Of a DNA stretch of 64,000 bases, positions 60,799 to 64,000 are shown in pieces. Position numbers and translations under genes: made by a program. Position 1 is the stretch's first letter; the number at the start of each line of letters is the position of its first letter. Below the pieces are notes generated by a model, which saw only the letters and a list, made by a program, of their open reading frames with translations, was not told where the DNA came from and did not search any database. The stretch is from Terriglobia bacterium (GTDB lineage: Bacteria; Acidobacteriota; Terriglobia; 20CM-2-55-15). The DNA is taken from contig OZ252023.1 in NCBI GenBank assembly GCA_965247425.1, positions 1,242,917-1,306,916 on the forward strand. Reading direction: 5' to 3'.

Positions 60799-61997
60799 GC
60801 CGCCCGAACGTGGAGGTGGCCGACATCTTTCGTGCCGCCGGAAACCACTACCTGGAGAGTTGCCGCCAGTTCACCGACCGCCAACAGCGCAAGGTCATGC
60901 GTGCCATCACCGGTTGCCGCACCGCCGCGCTGGGCGGTCATATCGACGTGTGCACCGGTTGCGGCGAGGAAACGGGGCTATCGTTCAACTCGTGCCGTGA
61001 CCGCCATTGTCCCAAGTGTCAGGCTCAGGCCCGCCAACGATGGTTGGAAGCGCGCCAGAGTGAGTTGCTTCCCATTCCGTATTTCCACGTCGTGTTCACT
61101 CTGCCCCATCAGTTGCATCCGCTGATCCGCCGCAACCAGGCCGCACTCTACACCGTGATGTTTCGCACCGTGGCCGCGACCCTGAAGGAAGTGGCCGCCA
61201 ATCCGAAACGTCTCGGCGCTCAGATTGGCTTCTTCGCTATCCTCCACACCTGGAGTCAGAATCTGTTGTTTCATCCCCATCTCCACTGTGTGGTTCCTGC
61301 CGGCGGTCTCGATGCCGACCACACGCGCTGGGTCCAGGGATCAAAGAAGTTCCTGTTGCCCATTCCCGTACTCCGCGACGTGTTCCGTGGCAAGTTCGTC
61401 GATGCTCTCGAGGCTGCCTTCGACAACAACGAACTCCGCTTTTCCGGATCCATTCAGTTCCTCAAACTCCCGCGCTGCTTTCGCGCCCTGATCCGCAGCA
61501 TCCATACCCACCATTGGGTCGTCTATGTCAAACCTCCCTTCGGTGGGCCCAAACAGGTGCTCCGTTACCTGGGCCGCTACACCCACCGGGTCGCCATCTC
61601 CAATCATCGATTGATTTCCTTTGATGACAACCAGGTCCAGTTTCACTGGAGGGATTACCGCAATGGCAACACGACACGCAAAATGACACTCACTGCCGAA
61701 GAGTTCATCCGGCGTTTCCTCTTGCATGTGTTACCGAAACGCTTCGTCCGCATTCGCTATTTCGGCATCATGGCCAATGCGCACCGCAAGCCCTTGCTCG
61801 CGCTCTGCCGAGAGTTCTTGTCCCCGGTCCAACAACCTTCAGAGAAAGCCATCCCTGAACCATCCACTCTGACAACGAATTCCACTTGGACCTGTCCGAG
61901 TTGTGGTGGGCTCATCCGGATCCTCGAACGACTATCCGCACTCCAAATCGCTTTACGAGAGAGACGATCACTGTGTACCGCTTTCAATACGTCATAG
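60795..61997 (+). CDS. IS91-family transposase (HUH Y2 rolling-circle type, zinc-binding N-terminus)
   Basis: ATG overlapping the integrase stop (ATGA). CxxC...CxxC zinc-binding region ([10 protein letters not shown]...[10 protein letters not shown]). HUH-like motif LHCVVPAGG. Conserved [13 protein letters not shown] and RIRYFG blocks typical of IS91, IS801 and IS1294. Confidence 0.85.
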   Translation: MSRPNVEVADIFRAAGNHYLESCRQFTDRQQRKVMRAITGCRTAALGGHIDVCTGCGEETGLSFNSCRDRHCPKCQAQARQRWLEARQSELLPIPYFHVVFTLPHQLHPLIRRNQAALYTVMFRTVAATLKEVAANPKRLGAQIGFFAILHTWSQNLLFHPHLHCVVPAGGLDADHTRWVQGSKKFLLPIPVLRDVFRGKFVDALEAAFDNNELRFSGSIQFLKLPRCFRALIRSIHTHHWVVYVKPPFGGPKQVLRYLGRYTHRVAISNHRLISFDDNQVQFHWRDYRNGNTTRKMTLTAEEFIRRFLLHVLPKRFVRIRYFGIMANAHRKPLLALCREFLSPVQQPSEKAIPEPSTLTTNSTWTCPSCGGLIRILERLSALQIALRERRSLCTAFNTS

Positions 61998-62436
61998 CGC
62001 ACGAAGAACAATCCCAACACACGGGCCTATTCACACAGGCCGACGCACCGGTGCGTTTACAGACAGAAGATGGACCCCCCAACGGATTTTTCGCCCCCCT
62101 ATGTCACTTGAAAGTCTCTTTTTCTCTCCATTGTCGGCACCCAGGCTCGACCCCTCATCCTGCCAGAGCCCCAACTTCAGCTCGATATCGACCCCTCGGA
62201 GCCTACCTTCTCCATAGCCCTACCATGCCTGCCTGATTCCGGCCCCTTCCTTCAAACTTCGTTATCGGAATTGCCCGGTCCGTGGGTTTTCGCCCGATCC
62301 TGCAACCGGGTCGACGCCGGGCAATTCCGATCAACACTAGCGGTTAACCAACCGACTGGTTGTTTGATTGACCCCAACTCCCGCCTTTCGTATCATCTAC
62401 GGAGTTTTTCACGGACCGCCCAAGAGACACTAAACG

Positions 62437-62925
62437 ATGCAACCTGGCACGCAGCTTGGCCACTACGAGATCCAATCCGCCCTCGGCAAGGGTGGGATGG
62501 GCGAAGTGTGGCGTGCGCGGGATCAGAAACTCGGTCGTGAAGTTGCCATCAAGACGCTTCCTGAAGAGTTCGCAAAGGATACTGATCGCCTCTCACGGTT
62601 CGAACGCGAAGTCAAGGCCGTCAGCAGCCTGAACCATCCTCATATCTTCACTTTTCAAGGCGTTTGCGAAGTTCGACCGAGGCTCGCCGCTCTGCAATAT
62701 CGGATGCCTTTTGAGGCTACGGGGAGCATGGCTCAAAAACACCCTGACGAAAAGCATTGTGAGCTCTCTTTCAATGCCTCCCGCTACAGCGGAGTTACGA
62801 CCACGTTTGACGCGCAGACGGGGTTGAAAGCAGAATTTAATCTTTTTGGCTGCGTAAGTACTGAATTTGGAGCCTTCTACAAGAAGTCGCGTGTCCGTCT
62901 CCGTGGGTGTTTCATCGCCTCCTGA
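62437..62925 (+). pseudogene. Ser/Thr protein kinase N-terminal fragment (ATP-binding lobe only)
   Basis: LGHYEIQSALGKGGMGEVWRARDQKLGREVAIKTL...LNHPHI matches kinase subdomains I-IV, then kinase similarity is lost. Confidence 0.55.
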
Positions 62926-63407
62926 CCGTGATTGGTTGGTGGAGGTCCTCGGTCCTGCCGATGCCGCAAAAGCGTGCGGGCTTTCTTGAAGTCAGGCCCG
63001 GAGTCGAGCCAGAACGATTTAAGGATGACAGTTTTGAAAACGCCGCTATAACCGGAATATTGCAAGTAGATTCCGACGCATTTGAAACGCTTCGCAGTCA
63101 GGTGGCTGATGCTTTTAATCACGGCCGGGGGGTGTCAGTAAAGGTTGCACTCATTGGGCAATCATTGCCCGAGAAGGAGGGCCGCTTCTTCTTGGACGAT
63201 ATTGATGTGTCGGTCCGTCGGACCTATGCCGTCAGCCACTTCGAGATCAACACCGGCGGCCCCAATGATTTGCTTCGTGACTTTCTTATAGAGCCTGAGC
63301 AAGATGAGGGAAAAGGCACCAGCATTTCAATCAAACTCCTGAAGGCAGTCCGCCGGTATTCTTCCTTCATCTGTTCGATGCCTCCAAAGCTGCGGATCGC
63401 GGCATGA
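62907..63407 (+). CDS. Hypothetical protein
   Basis: 166-aa ORF overlapping the end of the kinase fragment. No family recognised. Confidence 0.2.
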   Translation: MFHRLLTVIGWWRSSVLPMPQKRAGFLEVRPGVEPERFKDDSFENAAITGILQVDSDAFETLRSQVADAFNHGRGVSVKVALIGQSLPEKEGRFFLDDIDVSVRRTYAVSHFEINTGGPNDLLRDFLIEPEQDEGKGTSISIKLLKAVRRYSSFICSMPPKLRIAA

Positions 63408-63538
63408 CGCGCCTCTTCCGGCGTCATGCCCTTCGAGACGTTCTCTTCCTCCTGCATCTCCAGATGGAAACGCAGTTCATCACTCATCTCCTTTTCGAGG
63501 CCGCGTCTTCGAAAGACACCGAACAGACGCGAGGTCAT
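63224..63538 (-). pseudogene. N-terminal fragment of an ADOP/MacB-like permease (cytoplasmic prefix region only)
   Basis: MTSRLFGVFRRRGLEKEMSDELRFHLEMQEEENVSKGMTPEEARHAAIRSFGGIEQMKEEYR matches the permease-prefix found on many ADOP proteins. No transmembrane region follows. Confidence 0.55.
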
Positions 63539-64000
63539 GATGTGAAGCCATTGTCATCGATTCGAAAGCCCCAGACCCCACACGGTCGGGCGCGCTACGG
63601 GGGCCATTCAGTCAGCCCGAAGTGTGATCATCGGATCGACTTTCATGGCCCTGCGGGTTTGACATAACACCCACACGACGACATTGTCCGAGCGGTCATA
63701 AGCCGCAGACCCTGCTTGAATCGCTTATCCGCGGCAGGCCTCGGTATGGTGTCTGTGGCCACAGAAGCCTTGGTGGACTTTGGCGAGCAGGCGGTCCCGG
63801 TGCTCCTTGAAGTGGTGACTCCGGAAAACCGCCGAGGCAAAGCCACCACCGCGTGATGGCCCTCAGGTTCATCGTCGAGAGAGCCGGGACGAATCCGCTT
63901 TCGGCGGGCACGTTCGAAGAGATCCGGAGCGTAATCGAGCGGCTCCTGACCACAGGGACGGATCGGCTCGGCACAGGCAGGCTGTTGCGGATGGCCTTCG

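Larger units (their letters stand above)
59700..62440 (+). mobile_element. IS91-family element carrying a tyrosine-recombinase gene (boundaries approximate)
   Basis: Recombinase and transposase genes are translationally coupled. The low-GC, non-coding segment at 62000-62440 is likely the ori-IS end. The termini were not defined. Confidence 0.5.

Noticed and set aside
62437-62925. Intact Ser/Thr protein kinase
   Set aside because: Only subdomains I to about IV are recognisable. Catalytic-loop (HRD) and DFG motifs are absent downstream in any frame, so it is called a fragment.
1-64000. CRISPR array or cas genes
   Set aside because: No regularly spaced direct repeats with unique spacers were found. 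The repeats seen are inverted or palindromic elements and one 2-copy tandem 23-mer.

Overview
High-GC (about 62%) bacterial contig. The gene content points to Acidobacteria: ADOP/MacB-FtsX-type orphan permeases, a CarboxypepD_reg-type TonB-dependent receptor, and a TolB-propeller/amidohydrolase fusion. From 5' to 3' the window holds: an IS21-family element (istA truncated by the window start, then istB); a TonB-dependent receptor; a diverged three-gene mosaic pseudogene block that copies parts of the three intact genes lying just downstream (a DUF5916/CBM9-like secreted protein, a PLP trans-sulfuration enzyme, rsgA); a DedA/TVP38 membrane protein; a phnC-phnE-phnE phosphonate ABC importer with no phnD; a histidine kinase and an OmpR-type response regulator; a SAM methyltransferase; two tandem ADOP permeases plus a truncated third; a thioesterase; a hicB-hicA pair; a HAD hydrolase; a GAF-GAF-ANTAR regulator; two DUF507 genes; a dicarboxylate symporter; two paralogous small Gly-rich peptide genes with a conserved leader-like N-terminus and a conserved upstream motif; a secreted triple-repeat protein; a TolB/amidohydrolase; Smr, MtfA-like M90 and S58 peptidases; rpsA; another ADOP permease; a complete glycogen cluster (glgC, glgX, glgB, malQ, glgA, glgP); pckA; a tyrosine recombinase plus IS91-family transposase; and gene fragments at the 3' end. 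Several families of small palindromic MITE/REP-like repeats sit precisely at gene ends, and two direct copies of a tRNA 3'-end-like segment are present. At least six single-nucleotide frameshifts sit in short A/C/G runs (the clearest is an A5 run in the integrase), so consensus indel errors are likely and pseudogene calls are tentative. No CRISPR array and no rRNA were seen.
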